NCBI GenBank assembly: GCA_963828195.1
Contig: CAWHDT010000004.1
Location: forward strand, 1-64,000
Origin: Candidatus Bathyarchaeota archaeon
GTDB taxonomy: Archaea; Thermoproteota; Bathyarchaeia; Bathyarchaeales; Bathycorpusculaceae
Direction: 5' to 3'
DNA: 64,000 bases
Numbering within the stretch: position 1 is the stretch's first letter; each line of letters starts with the position of its first letter. The notes beneath the pieces were generated by a model that had not been told where the DNA came from, did no database searches, and saw only the letters and a list, made by a program, of their open reading frames with translations. A program made the position numbers and the translations under genes. Below, piece after piece: positions 46,944 through 57,257 of the stretch.

Positions 46944-48071
46944 TCAAACAGTTCCGAAACTTTGTTGACTAACCTTTGAATGTCCGGCAAATTCGCTTTC
47001 CAATATACTGACTATTTTTTTGCCTGTTGTACCATCGCCGAACGGGTTTACCCAACTTTTTTTGTGATCACAGCTGATTTTGGCTGCTTCAAGAATTTTT
47101 TCAGGGTTCGTGCCTGCGAGCATGTTTGACCCAACTTCCAAGGTCTCAGGTCTTTCGGTGTTATCTCGCAAAGTAACGCAGGGAACGCCAAGAATACAAG
47201 TTTCTTCTTGTACACCGCCAGAATCAGTTAAGACAAGTTTAGCTTTGCTTTCGAGTTGAATGAAAGCCAAATAGTCTAAAGGCTCAACCAACGTTATGCC
47301 TGTGTGATCTATGCCGAACTGATATAGCTGCTTTTTGGCCCTCGGATGAATGGGGTAAATCAGCTGAACCTTGAATTCACTCTGAACTAATTGCAAACCT
47401 CGAATAAGCCCTGAGAATTTGTTCTTGTCGTCAACATTTTCCTGCCGATGAGCTGTAGCTAGCATGTATTGGTTGCTTTCGACGCCCAAGGAGTCAAAGA
47501 TTTTGTTTTTTGATTTAGCTATTTCCAAGTTTTGGTACAGAGCGTCAACAACTGTGTTTCCAACCACGAAAATCTTCTTTTCTTCGATACCTTCGTGGAG
47601 CAGTATTTCCCTAGATTTTGGGGTTGGAGCAAACAAGTAATCTGAACAGTGATCAGTCAATATTCTGTTAATCTCTTCAGGCATACTCCTGTCATAACTG
47701 CGCAAACCAGCTTCAACATGCCCAACTTTGATTCCAAGTTTTACGGCGGCTAAAGCACCTGCTAAAACTGTATTTGTGTCTCCTTCAACGAGTACGACGT
47801 CTGGAGATTCTTTCTGCAAAACTTCTTCTATGCCTGCAAGCATCTTACCTGTTTGCTGCCCATGGCTTCCGGAACCGACATCAAGATTGTACTTTGCTTC
47901 AGGCAGATTAAGCTGCTCAAAGAAGACTTTATCCATGTTATAAGAGTAATGCTGTCCGGTATGCAGAATAAAATAATTCAAATTCAATCTGCTGCATTCT
48001 CGGATTATTGGTGAACATTTTACTATTTCAGGTCGGGTTCCCAAAATAACAGATATTTTCATGTTGAACAT
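46944..48071 (-). CDS. wecB: UDP-N-acetylglucosamine 2-epimerase (non-hydrolysing)
   Basis: GTRPEIVK, HTGQHY, GDTNT, HVEAGLRS, PEEINR, TDSGGVQEE, TERPE. Confidence 0.96.
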   Translation of the reverse strand: MFNMKISVILGTRPEIVKCSPIIRECSRLNLNYFILHTGQHYSYNMDKVFFEQLNLPEAKYNLDVGSGSHGQQTGKMLAGIEEVLQKESPDVVLVEGDTNTVLAGALAAVKLGIKVGHVEAGLRSYDRSMPEEINRILTDHCSDYLFAPTPKSREILLHEGIEEKKIFVVGNTVVDALYQNLEIAKSKNKIFDSLGVESNQYMLATAHRQENVDDKNKFSGLIRGLQLVQSEFKVQLIYPIHPRAKKQLYQFGIDHTGITLVEPLDYLAFIQLESKAKLVLTDSGGVQEETCILGVPCVTLRDNTERPETLEVGSNMLAGTNPEKILEAAKISCDHKKSWVNPFGDGTTGKKIVSILESEFAGHSKVSQQSFGTV

Positions 48072-48090
48072 TTACTCCCGCTGCAAAGTA

Positions 48091-49053
48091 CTATGATGAA
48101 GGTAAGTTAAGGGCGTTTGTTTTAGGGCGAGAACGAAAGTTAAAAAGGTAACCGATTGTCCACGCGGACCGCTTAAAAACAAAGTTCAGCGGCAACAAAA
48201 TACAACGTTTATCATTTGTGGCCTTGTATGCCTTCAAGATGTCTCTCGAAGAAACTAAAATGCCAAATGAAATGTCAAAGAAATTCAATATCAAGGTTCG
48301 CTCGCGCAGAGTTTCTTTGACATAAGTTTTTTCAATAGTTGCCCAATTTTTTCCCCACGCCTTATATTGCCTAAAAAGAGCTTTCCACGTAGGTCGTGAA
48401 TAATGATAAAACACTGCTGACTGCAAAAGATGAAGTTTGTATCCCAACATAGTCAATCTTTCAGCTAAGTCAGTATCTTCAGATGCAAATCGGAAAATCT
48501 CGCGAAAACCGCCCGCATCCAATATAGCGTCCTTTTCAAACACACTACCGCCTAATGCAAAGGTATTCGAGGCAACCACAAGTTGCGCCCCTCTTTCATT
48601 AATACACATTGCGTAGTTTTCCAACGCTCCTGACAGTGGCAAATTGTAAGTTAAACCTTGAACTCCACGGACTGCAGCAACCTTAGAGGAAGTTTTCAAG
48701 TATTCAATTGTGTTGCGCAGAAATTCAGGGTGTAAACGTTGGTCAGAATCCACAAAAGAAACGTAGTCTCCCTTGGATAGGTCAACAATTAACTGTCTGG
48801 CGTAACCCAATCCTCGCCCATCATCTGTCGCTATTTGCCAGTTAAATTTGGAATTACTTAATATTTCTTCGGCGATTTTTAAAGTTTGATCTTTAGATTT
48901 TCCGTCAACTAGCACGACTTGAATTTGATCGGCAGGATAAATCAAATTAAGTAGAGATTTTAAAGCATCTGCTATTGTCGCTTGGCAGTTTAATGTGCAG
49001 ATCCCAATTGTGACCAAGGGAACATCCGCAGGAATTTGTTTCAAATGAATCAC
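48091..49053 (-). CDS. GT2 family glycosyltransferase
   Basis: LVDGKSKD, GLGYAR, FVDSD, SEDTDL. Confidence 0.9.
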   Translation of the reverse strand: MIHLKQIPADVPLVTIGICTLNCQATIADALKSLLNLIYPADQIQVVLVDGKSKDQTLKIAEEILSNSKFNWQIATDDGRGLGYARQLIVDLSKGDYVSFVDSDQRLHPEFLRNTIEYLKTSSKVAAVRGVQGLTYNLPLSGALENYAMCINERGAQLVVASNTFALGGSVFEKDAILDAGGFREIFRFASEDTDLAERLTMLGYKLHLLQSAVFYHYSRPTWKALFRQYKAWGKNWATIEKTYVKETLRERTLILNFFDISFGILVSSRDILKAYKATNDKRCILLPLNFVFKRSAWTIGYLFNFRSRPKTNALNLPSS

Positions 49054-49136
49054 TTGATTAGATTATTGTTCTTACTAATCTTAACATTTGTTTCCCATTG
49101 AAAACAGGTTTTACCTGTTTCTGTGCATTTACTTTA

Positions 49137-51266
49137 TTATCCGCCTGGCGCTTCGTAGACTTCGCTGCCTCCGTTTGTATAAACAAGATCTGTCTGATTA
49201 AGAACTGGCGAAAGTGTACCGTTCCAAACTAATTTTTCATAGTTAACACTAACATAACTTAGACCTACGAATTCACCAGGAGATACAAAGGAATTATTCG
49301 TGAGAGCTCCAACATATCCAGGGTAGATAAGGCCATAACCAGTTAACGCAGTATCGAGCCCGTAATCAGCAATAAGAGTATAATTATTTTGGTAGGGAAC
49401 ATTATTAGAAATCCATTCTGCACAATATACACTGTGAGTGTCAATAAAACCGTAGTCCACGTATAACTGCAGGGGGTTCATTCTGTATTCGCTTAGTGGA
49501 ATAGACCAGCTTTCGGTTTTTGCAACTTCATAAACAAAGTTTGTTTGGAAGAGAAAATAAGGAACTATTATAGCAACAATGAGTAACGAAAACAGTATTT
49601 TTTTCTCATGCTTGAAGACAAACTGGACTGATGTCCACATGCCTATTACGCAGAAAGGTGCTAAGAACATTAGCAATATGTGATAGAACCGCGTCATGTT
49701 TAAGGCGTTTGCTAATCCTGGAACTGCAATTAATGCAGCCAACAAACCTAAAGCTACAATACTAAAAATCGTGTATTCTCGGTCAAAACGAAAACGAGTT
49801 TTTTTCAAGATTAAAGCAAATATGCCTATGGCAATAAAAACTTCAGTCAAATATGCGAAGGCTCTGCTGACAGTATTTAGCATGGAAGGAGACTGCGCTA
49901 ACCCTATTCCGGTTAAAACTTCCGTACCTCTAGATGCTGGGTTAAAAATCCCGCCGAATTGGGAAGCAACTAGATTTGCGATTGAAGTGAAACTGTTAAA
50001 GACGGCGGAGCCTGAAGTAAAAATGTACCAGGCGAACATTGCCACGAAGAAAAATACAATCATGCTAAACTGCAAATTGAAGTGGGGGCGTTTCAGATAC
50101 ACTGAAGCGAGCCATGCAGCAAAAATCATAAAGAGAAAAATTTCTGCCAATGCATAATGGGATAAAATTAAGCCAACGCTGAAGATGGCAAAACTTGCGA
50201 ATTTAACGCCTTGCTTGATTTTCTTGTTTAACAGCACCAGCAGTAAGAGGACAAAAAATAATTCACCAATCATCTGCCGGTTTAACCCAGTCAATTCGGT
50301 GAAAAATGTTATATCAGCCATGAACACGAAGGCTGAGAAAAAAGCAAATTTCTTGCCAATGTATGGCTTCCAAAGAAGGTATAGACCCAGAGGGACTAAT
50401 GCAAAGATGAGGGGATAAATTACTTTGTACACCCAGGTAAGGGAGATTCCAAGTAGGTTTGAGTAGACAGTTGGAAGTATGGTGATGCTGAGCATTGCGT
50501 TGTATCTGCCAAATGTCAGGTCGGAAGGCACAGAAAATACTGGATTCCAATGAGAGAGAAGTTGGGTTGTTCCGGCAACGAAAAGTTCGTTTGGAGAATC
50601 GCTTCCATAGGGCAGTATGTAGTTAGATATCAGGGAAGTCTGAAACAGCAACGCTATAGCGACCATAAGTATAGCGAATGGGTAAATATTTGTGGATTTT
50701 CCATGAAATGCGATGGCGGTGAACAGCAGGGCAACAGATGCAATCATGATTAATAAAAATACGTTGTCGCCTGATACGTTTACAAAATATGCGCCTATGA
50801 TGCTTAAGAGAGGAATTAAAGTTAAAAGCAAAAATGACGGGGAAAAGCTTTGGTTTTGAGGATTCGAATCTGGTTTTGCTTTTTCCTGTCTTAGTTGAGT
50901 TGCGACCGCGCCTACAAGTACCAGGGTATTTATGGATAAGGACAAGGGTAAAGTAGAAAGAGGAAAGCTGTACCCAACTAATGCACCAAACTCATTTATA
51001 ATCAATCCTGCAACCAAAAGAAAAGCAACGCTAAAGCCAACGGCGTAGATGATGAATTCAGCTGTGCCAAGTTCAAGTTTTAAAAGCTTAATAACGATGA
51101 AGCCTGGGACAAATGTCAGGTAAAAAAGGCCAATTACTTCCCTAGCCAATGGAAAATTAAGAAAAAGCGAAATGTACATTGCAACTTGTAGAAAAACAAC
51201 TATACCTAGAAAGTGCCGCGAAAGATATTTTTGATTAAAATCCATTTTTAGATGCACCAAAATCAA
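49137..51266 (-). CDS. DUF2206 multi-pass membrane protein (GT-C-like / polymerase candidate)
   Basis: YLTFVPG, GSD..E, LSITILPTVYS, RQMIGELF, SHY, RFYHI motifs; more than 12 TMs. Confidence 0.82.
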   Translation of the reverse strand: MILVHLKMDFNQKYLSRHFLGIVVFLQVAMYISLFLNFPLAREVIGLFYLTFVPGFIVIKLLKLELGTAEFIIYAVGFSVAFLLVAGLIINEFGALVGYSFPLSTLPLSLSINTLVLVGAVATQLRQEKAKPDSNPQNQSFSPSFLLLTLIPLLSIIGAYFVNVSGDNVFLLIMIASVALLFTAIAFHGKSTNIYPFAILMVAIALLFQTSLISNYILPYGSDSPNELFVAGTTQLLSHWNPVFSVPSDLTFGRYNAMLSITILPTVYSNLLGISLTWVYKVIYPLIFALVPLGLYLLWKPYIGKKFAFFSAFVFMADITFFTELTGLNRQMIGELFFVLLLLVLLNKKIKQGVKFASFAIFSVGLILSHYALAEIFLFMIFAAWLASVYLKRPHFNLQFSMIVFFFVAMFAWYIFTSGSAVFNSFTSIANLVASQFGGIFNPASRGTEVLTGIGLAQSPSMLNTVSRAFAYLTEVFIAIGIFALILKKTRFRFDREYTIFSIVALGLLAALIAVPGLANALNMTRFYHILLMFLAPFCVIGMWTSVQFVFKHEKKILFSLLIVAIIVPYFLFQTNFVYEVAKTESWSIPLSEYRMNPLQLYVDYGFIDTHSVYCAEWISNNVPYQNNYTLIADYGLDTALTGYGLIYPGYVGALTNNSFVSPGEFVGLSYVSVNYEKLVWNGTLSPVLNQTDLVYTNGGSEVYEAPGG

Positions 51267-51380
51267 ACAATTTTTCTGACTATCAAAGAACGGAACTAAA
51301 AATCCATTTCTTGGATGGTCAAAACGTTTTACGGCTTGACTCTACTAAGCAAGCTCTCTTCTGAACAATGTCTTTTTAAT

Positions 51381-52016
51381 TTATAAAAAGGTTTTGTTTA
51401 TGAAAGCTTTTAGCCATGATTGGACAATGAGAGCATGACCAACAGGTGTGGGATGAATTCCGTCTTGTGACCAAAACTTCGGATCTCTTTTTCTGGCAGC
51501 TTCTCCAAAAATCTTGTCTAATGGAATAAGAAGAGTTTCGAATTCTTCGGAAAGTTTTCTCACAACTTCAATTTTTGGATCCAAATCTTCTCTAAGTTTG
51601 AGCTGGTCTTTAGCCACGATTATTGAAAAGGGTTCCATTAAAATCATTTTGGAGTTGAAGTTGTCACGCGTCTTTTGCAGTATCATTCGGTAGTAATTTT
51701 CAAAATCTGCCGTCGATATTGGACTATTCCAGAAGTACTTGCCTAACGTATCGTTGATTCCTATAAGAATTGAAACGATATCGGGTTTCAGATCCAAAGT
51801 GTCTTTTTGCCAGCGATTACAAAGGTCTTTGATTCCGTCACCTTTTACACCTCGATTAAGAACCTTGACTTCTGTTTCTGGATACATCGCCGATAACCAT
51901 AATGCGGCCAACAAGACGTAGCCAGTTCCAAGATTCTCATCGTTCTTGTAATTTCTTCCTGAATCAGTTATGCTGTCCCCTTGAAATAGAATCGTGATTT
52001 TTGATTGCAGCTCCAT
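51381..52016 (-). CDS. SGNH/GDSL hydrolase
   Basis: GDSITD, NRGV.G, GIND, DGIHP. Confidence 0.93.
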   Translation of the reverse strand: MELQSKITILFQGDSITDSGRNYKNDENLGTGYVLLAALWLSAMYPETEVKVLNRGVKGDGIKDLCNRWQKDTLDLKPDIVSILIGINDTLGKYFWNSPISTADFENYYRMILQKTRDNFNSKMILMEPFSIIVAKDQLKLREDLDPKIEVVRKLSEEFETLLIPLDKIFGEAARKRDPKFWSQDGIHPTPVGHALIVQSWLKAFINKTFL

Positions 52017-52041
52017 TTATTGAACCCTCGAATCATTTCTT

Positions 52042-52087
52042 ATTTTTAAAAGAACAACAACACCGGGAAAACAACTGTTGTTCTTCT
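52042..52087 (-). repeat. Dispersed element, hairpin-B-only copy (minus strand)
   Basis: Reverse complement AGAAGAACAACAGTTGTTTTCCCGGTGTTGTTGTTCTTTTAAAAAT is nearly identical to 33208-33253. Confidence 0.85.
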
Positions 52088-52112
52088 AAGGTGATTTGAG
52101 GGCAGAAAGAAG

Positions 52113-52730
52113 TCATTTTGAGCTTTTCCAAAACTTGTTTATGAAGCTCTCGGTATCTTGGTAGAAATAATCTATGTTTTCCTTGATTTTGCTTTCTTCC
52201 CAATCCCACCACCTGATCTTTAGAAGCTTTTCGATTTGGTCTGGTGGAAAACGATATTTTACTACTCGAGCGGGATTTCCTACTGCAATTGCATACGGTG
52301 GAATATCTCTAACGACTACGGAGCCTGCTCCTATCACCGCTCCGCTTCCAATTCTTACCCCTGAAAGGATGATTGCGCCTACGCCAACCCAAACATCGCT
52401 TCCGATAATCACAGGTCCCTTGCTTTTACTGTCCACGTTATCGTTTTCTACATTTTGCAATTTTTTTTTCAATGGAAAAGCAGTTACCTTGTTTATGTCA
52501 TGCTCGCCGCCCATTAATACTATCACATTACTTGCAAACATGCAAAACTTTCCCACTACAAGTTGGTCATCTGAGCGCCAAGAGAGGATTTTGGGCCCGC
52601 CAGAGCTATATTTTCCAATTTGCACGCTCCCTTTAGGCTCAGCATTGTCACATCGGTAAATTGCTGTTAAAACTAAGTTTCTTGCAGTTATGCTTCTACC
52701 AAGAACGGTTAACACAATTCTATCCAGCAT
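52113..52730 (-). CDS. CatB/Vat-like hexapeptide O-acetyltransferase
   Basis: [37 protein letters not shown]. Confidence 0.92.
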   Translation of the reverse strand: MLDRIVLTVLGRSITARNLVLTAIYRCDNAEPKGSVQIGKYSSGGPKILSWRSDDQLVVGKFCMFASNVIVLMGGEHDINKVTAFPLKKKLQNVENDNVDSKSKGPVIIGSDVWVGVGAIILSGVRIGSGAVIGAGSVVVRDIPPYAIAVGNPARVVKYRFPPDQIEKLLKIRWWDWEESKIKENIDYFYQDTESFINKFWKSSK

Positions 52731-52806
52731 GAGATCATTTCCAAATTAGTGAATTTCAACTAGCTTAAATTCTTAAAATTAGAAAAGCAGCGAAGGGAAA
52801 GTTAGT

Positions 52807-53763
52807 CTACAGGGTTTTTCGACGTTCGAAAGATGTGAAAACACCTGCTTTTATTTCTTTTAAATGTCTTGCCATGTTGATTTCAGCTTTAATAGTGTAC
52901 AGTGAGAGTTTGCTATTCCGGGTTAATAGGCTGGCGGCGAAGCGACCTAAAAAGATGCCGTAGACGAAATTCGCGAGGTTCCATGGAGTTTGTTTTACGT
53001 TTTTGAAGAAGAAATAGGTATGGTATGATATTTCCATATGTGTTCGGTATTCGCTGCTGATTCTTGCCAATTCGGAGTGCTTATGTAAAACTTTCGCGTT
53101 AGGGGTCATTAAAACAGATTTTGGGTGGCTTTTCTGTATCCTATAGGAAATGTCCATATCGTCACAAAGTGAATATCTACTTAAGTTTTCATCCCATTTG
53201 AACTGGCCTAATATCTTTCTTTTATAGGTACAGTTGTTGCCACTTAGCCATTCGCATTCAATAGTATGAGTTAAAGGATAAGGGTAAGATACTCCGGTTG
53301 CAAATACTCGTGACTTGTCTTTTTCTAAAAAGAAAGAGGGAAACAGCTTGCAAATAGCGTTAGAGCGCGCTGGGAAACCAAGACCTATATTTATTACGTG
53401 CCCGGCAACTCCAGAGACATCTGGATAAGCCTCATAAACTTTCAATATTTCTTTAATGTAATCTTTTTGCAATATGACGTCGTCGTCTAGACTGCAGTGA
53501 ATTTCGCCTGTTGAATTGGCAATGCCTGCGTTCCTCGCTTGTGTTACTCCTTGCCCCTTGCCCCGCAAGTATTTGAGCTCTATATTCTTGCTAGAAAAAT
53601 CTTTCTGCATTCGCTTAACTAAATTTTTAGTTTCATCGTTTTTACTATCATCCACTATAACTACTTCTTTTGGATACACTGACTGGTTCAAGATGGAAAG
53701 TAAAAGGTGACTAAGAACTTCAGCTCTATTCAGAGTTGGAATAGAAATGGAAAAATTTGACAT
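52807..53763 (-). CDS. GT2 family glycosyltransferase
   Basis: IPTLNR, IVDDS, ARNAG, LDDD, DDMDISYR. Confidence 0.9.
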   Translation of the reverse strand: MSNFSISIPTLNRAEVLSHLLLSILNQSVYPKEVVIVDDSKNDETKNLVKRMQKDFSSKNIELKYLRGKGQGVTQARNAGIANSTGEIHCSLDDDVILQKDYIKEILKVYEAYPDVSGVAGHVINIGLGFPARSNAICKLFPSFFLEKDKSRVFATGVSYPYPLTHTIECEWLSGNNCTYKRKILGQFKWDENLSRYSLCDDMDISYRIQKSHPKSVLMTPNAKVLHKHSELARISSEYRTHMEISYHTYFFFKNVKQTPWNLANFVYGIFLGRFAASLLTRNSKLSLYTIKAEINMARHLKEIKAGVFTSFERRKTL

Positions 53764-53869
53764 TTATGTTTCCTTCGCAAAAAATTTGATAATATAACTT
53801 GTCTTAATCCTATGCCGGTTAAATAAAATTTCGGATCTTGGAGTATAAAGTCCTGAAAGACTTAACGTT

Positions 53870-55066
53870 TCAGTTTTGAGATATTTGCTGCTGAAGTATT
53901 TGTCCTGCTTGATTAGATGCATAGTTCAGTTGTCCGGAAACGAGGCCCCACTGAGTGCCAGTGATCCATGGCGCCCAAGCCCACGCACAAAAACCTACAT
54001 TGTATTGATTAAGAATTGCCAAAGTATTATTGAACCATGCGTACTCTTCGCTCATGTTTGTAGCCCATAGGTTGCAGCCTATTTCGCCGACCCATACAGG
54101 ATGTTGCGACGCAAAGGAAAGCAAGCCTGTAACATTCAAAGCCCAAAGCACGTCAGAATAACTGTATTTTTGAGAATAATTGTTTAATGAATCATAGAAG
54201 CCGTCGCTGTAGAGATGCGTACTGTAAATAATATTATTCAGAGGATCATAGAGTGGATATGAAGAGACCCAGTTCATTGAGCTCATGGTTGTTGAGGAAC
54301 TGGAGTAATTCTGGAAATCTAAGTAAGTGTTAGTACCCCATTGGGCAACGATGATATTTGTTGAACCCGTTTGGCGGACTGCATTAATGCACTGCTGGGT
54401 AACGTTAAACCAGCTTGCTTCTGCCGCTGCGTCACCGTTGGGCTCATTCCACAACTCAAACATCACATTAGGATAGACCTTTAAATTGTTTGCAACACTT
54501 GTCCACACATTAACAAAGTCGCCGACACTGTTGATAATTCCGTTGCCGTTGTCGTAAGGCGGATAAGGCAATGCGGAATCCTCACTTGAACCGCTGTTTC
54601 TCCAAAAAGTGAAGTCAACATAGATTCCCCGCAAGGCGGCTTGCGCAATAAAGTATTCCAGGTTGCTTTGAAAATTTTGTGTGTTCTGAACCCACCACTG
54701 AGTTGTTGCAAGTACTCGAACTGAATTGCAGCCCCAACTTTCTATGGCATCAAGATTGCTGTTTACAGCTGCTGTGTCCCAAGTGTTAAATTCTAGCTGA
54801 CCATTCGGAAGCAGCCAGCTGCCACAGGGTCCATCAATAAAATACGTGTAATCGACCCCGCGCAAAACAACCGCGGTGCTATTTGACGTGAGTATTTGGT
54901 TACCCGCGACATGAAGAGATCCAGTCGAATAATCGGTTGAAAAAGGAGGGTTAGTTGGAACAGGCTGAGGGGAAACTTTAACGTTGTTCAAAACGGGAGA
55001 TAATATTGAAAATATGATAAGCAGACATGTTAACAATATGGCAAAAGCAAGTATTTTTCTTCGCAG
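53870..55066 (-). CDS. GH5 (cellulase-family) glycoside hydrolase, secreted
   Basis: VLRGVD, NSVRV, FELWNEP (acid/base), STHLY, WVGEIG (nucleophile), WAW. The signal peptide extends to CTG at 55066 (track start 55036). Confidence 0.9.
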   Translation of the reverse strand: MRRKILAFAILLTCLLIIFSILSPVLNNVKVSPQPVPTNPPFSTDYSTGSLHVAGNQILTSNSTAVVLRGVDYTYFIDGPCGSWLLPNGQLEFNTWDTAAVNSNLDAIESWGCNSVRVLATTQWWVQNTQNFQSNLEYFIAQAALRGIYVDFTFWRNSGSSEDSALPYPPYDNGNGIINSVGDFVNVWTSVANNLKVYPNVMFELWNEPNGDAAAEASWFNVTQQCINAVRQTGSTNIIVAQWGTNTYLDFQNYSSSSTTMSSMNWVSSYPLYDPLNNIIYSTHLYSDGFYDSLNNYSQKYSYSDVLWALNVTGLLSFASQHPVWVGEIGCNLWATNMSEEYAWFNNTLAILNQYNVGFCAWAWAPWITGTQWGLVSGQLNYASNQAGQILQQQISQN

Positions 55067-55136
55067 AAGAATTCACTCTCGAAATCTATCAGGACATTAA
55101 ATTCATTAAAATATTCTTTCTAATATTTCAGTTAAG

Positions 55137-56051
55137 TTAAAGTCGGGTTGCTAAATCTTGGATTTGACCTTTCATAAATCCGAAAGTCCAAGCTGAAAGT
55201 TTTAATCCAAAATGAAAAGGTAAAAGAAAAACAATTTTTTTACGTAGAAACTTGTAGCCTTGAATAGAATAAAAAAAGCCAGCAACGAAACCAGCTATCG
55301 GCGTCATGCGAGGTATTGAGAACGCCTCTCCCGTTTGGCGAACAGTCCTTTGACATCCATAGCCGTACCAGAAATATTTTTTCCACAGGTCTTTAGGCTT
55401 AGATAACCCGCCATGCAACTCATAAAGTTCAGCCATGTTAGGTCTTATTCGCCAACCTGCTTTTTTAATTCTTAAGACCAAGTCAGTGTCTTCGCCGGCA
55501 CCTTTAATTTTTTCGTCAAAACCATTTACTTGCCGCAGGGCTTTAATTCTGAAGGTTGTTCCTCCAGTGCCTATCAGCTTGTCGGTTTTCCAAATGAAGC
55601 TCTTAGGCTTAAGATAGTTTCGTTGGTTGACTATGTATGGAATTACCTCTAGGTTCAAAATCAAGTTGCCAGGAACGGTCTTGAATATCCCTGCAGTTAT
55701 GCCTACCTCAGGATACTTTTCAAGGGTCTCTAATTGGGTTTTCAAATAATTGCTCGTTAATATCTGGTCAGCATCAACAAACAGTAGGTATTCTCCGTCG
55801 GCATTTTCAACGATTTTGTTTCTTGCATGGCCTAAACCCATCCATGTGGTTCTGAAAGATTTCGCTTGTTCGCCGAGCCTTGCTACATAATCGGAAATGA
55901 TTTCGGGGGTGCTATCTTGGCTGCCGTCGTCGACAAAGATTAATTGCATCTGTTTTTTGGGAAAATCTTGATTGATTACGCTGTTAACGGCGTTTTTGAG
56001 CATATTCTCGCCGTTGCGAACGCATATGCCGACGGTTACAAGAGGTTTCAT
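55137..56051 (-). CDS. GT2 family glycosyltransferase
   Basis: VDDGSQD, GLGHARN, FVDAD, GFDE...GEDTDL. Confidence 0.92.
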   Translation of the reverse strand: MKPLVTVGICVRNGENMLKNAVNSVINQDFPKKQMQLIFVDDGSQDSTPEIISDYVARLGEQAKSFRTTWMGLGHARNKIVENADGEYLLFVDADQILTSNYLKTQLETLEKYPEVGITAGIFKTVPGNLILNLEVIPYIVNQRNYLKPKSFIWKTDKLIGTGGTTFRIKALRQVNGFDEKIKGAGEDTDLVLRIKKAGWRIRPNMAELYELHGGLSKPKDLWKKYFWYGYGCQRTVRQTGEAFSIPRMTPIAGFVAGFFYSIQGYKFLRKKIVFLLPFHFGLKLSAWTFGFMKGQIQDLATRL

Positions 56052-57232
56052 GCGTTATCCTTCCGAGAAATCGGGTATTTTGAAGTAAATTGCAAGTACT
56101 CTTCTTCGAGTTGACTGGTGATTTTTTTCCAATCGTAGTTCGCTGCAATTGCTCGTCCAGCTTCGCCAATGTTAGAAGAGAGTGTCTTGTCTTTTAGAAG
56201 TTGGACTATGTGCTCAGCGAAATTTTCAAAGTTATTATCGATGAAAATGTTTTTCCCATTTTTAATTGATAATCCTTCTGCACCAACTGAGGTGGAGACA
56301 ACTGGGATTCCGCTTGAAAAGTATTCAAGAATTTTAAGCCTTGTTCCAGACCCTTGAAGCAAAGGGGCAATGCCAACATTTGATGCCGCCAATAAATCTG
56401 CGATGTTAGGCACAAAACCCGTGAATGCAATGCCTGGAAGATTTATTTCGGTTCTTTTTTTCCCAACAACGATGAATTTCACTGTTTTTACTTTTTCTCT
56501 GACCTTCGGTGCGATCACCGAAGAGATCAATTTTATGGCTTCACGATTAGGCTCATAGGCTAAATTGCCAACAAAGACGACAGTTTGGGAACCATCCAGC
56601 CCGTATTGTCTTCGAGTTTCCTGCAAATCAGAATGGCGGCTGAATAATTCAGTGTTAACGCCATTGGGAACAACAATAATTTTCTGAGTTGAAAAACCCA
56701 ATGAAACCAAGAGCTTTTTTTCTTTCTCAGAAACAGTTAAAATTAAGTCTGCATTCCTGTAAGCTATTTTTTCTAGAAAAGTCTCAAGAATTCGCCTAAC
56801 CAAACTTGTATGCTTAACTCTTAAAGCCTGAAAAACATCATGGCAATCAATGGCAACAGGCTTCTTCATTGTTCTCATGAACGGAGTAAGAAGAATGCTC
56901 AAAGCAGGCTGTTCTATTTGAACTATATCGACATTTTGAACAAGACGAGAAGCTCGAAACGCAAAAAGGAAGTCGAAGAAGTATAGAGCTGAAGGTTTTT
57001 CTATCTTCCCAATTTTTCCAATAATTTTAAGGAGTGACTTGGGCAGAAAACCGTTCAATCCATAAACAGAAATTTTATCCACATATTCTGTACTGGTATG
57101 GAATTTTGGTAATATTACATTGACTTTGTTTCCAGTTGCAGCAAGTCCTTTTGCGAGGTTGATTATTCTTACGGAAGCGCCTGAATCGTTCTGCATCGAA
57201 TCTTCGTAAGCGCTTAAAATGCTGATTCTCAT
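56048..57232 (-). CDS. GT4 family glycosyltransferase
   Basis: GASVRI, VVPNGV, FVGNLAY.PN, GSGTRLKILEY, GAEG. Confidence 0.92.
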   Translation of the reverse strand: MRISILSAYEDSMQNDSGASVRIINLAKGLAATGNKVNVILPKFHTSTEYVDKISVYGLNGFLPKSLLKIIGKIGKIEKPSALYFFDFLFAFRASRLVQNVDIVQIEQPALSILLTPFMRTMKKPVAIDCHDVFQALRVKHTSLVRRILETFLEKIAYRNADLILTVSEKEKKLLVSLGFSTQKIIVVPNGVNTELFSRHSDLQETRRQYGLDGSQTVVFVGNLAYEPNREAIKLISSVIAPKVREKVKTVKFIVVGKKRTEINLPGIAFTGFVPNIADLLAASNVGIAPLLQGSGTRLKILEYFSSGIPVVSTSVGAEGLSIKNGKNIFIDNNFENFAEHIVQLLKDKTLSSNIGEAGRAIAANYDWKKITSQLEEEYLQFTSKYPISRKDNA

Positions 57233-57257
57233 CTATCATCCGGCCCACGCTTTGCAT

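Noticed and set aside
52113-52730. Antibiotic-resistance acetyltransferase (cat/vat)
   Set aside because: Context among glycosyltransferases favours a sugar O-acetyltransferase
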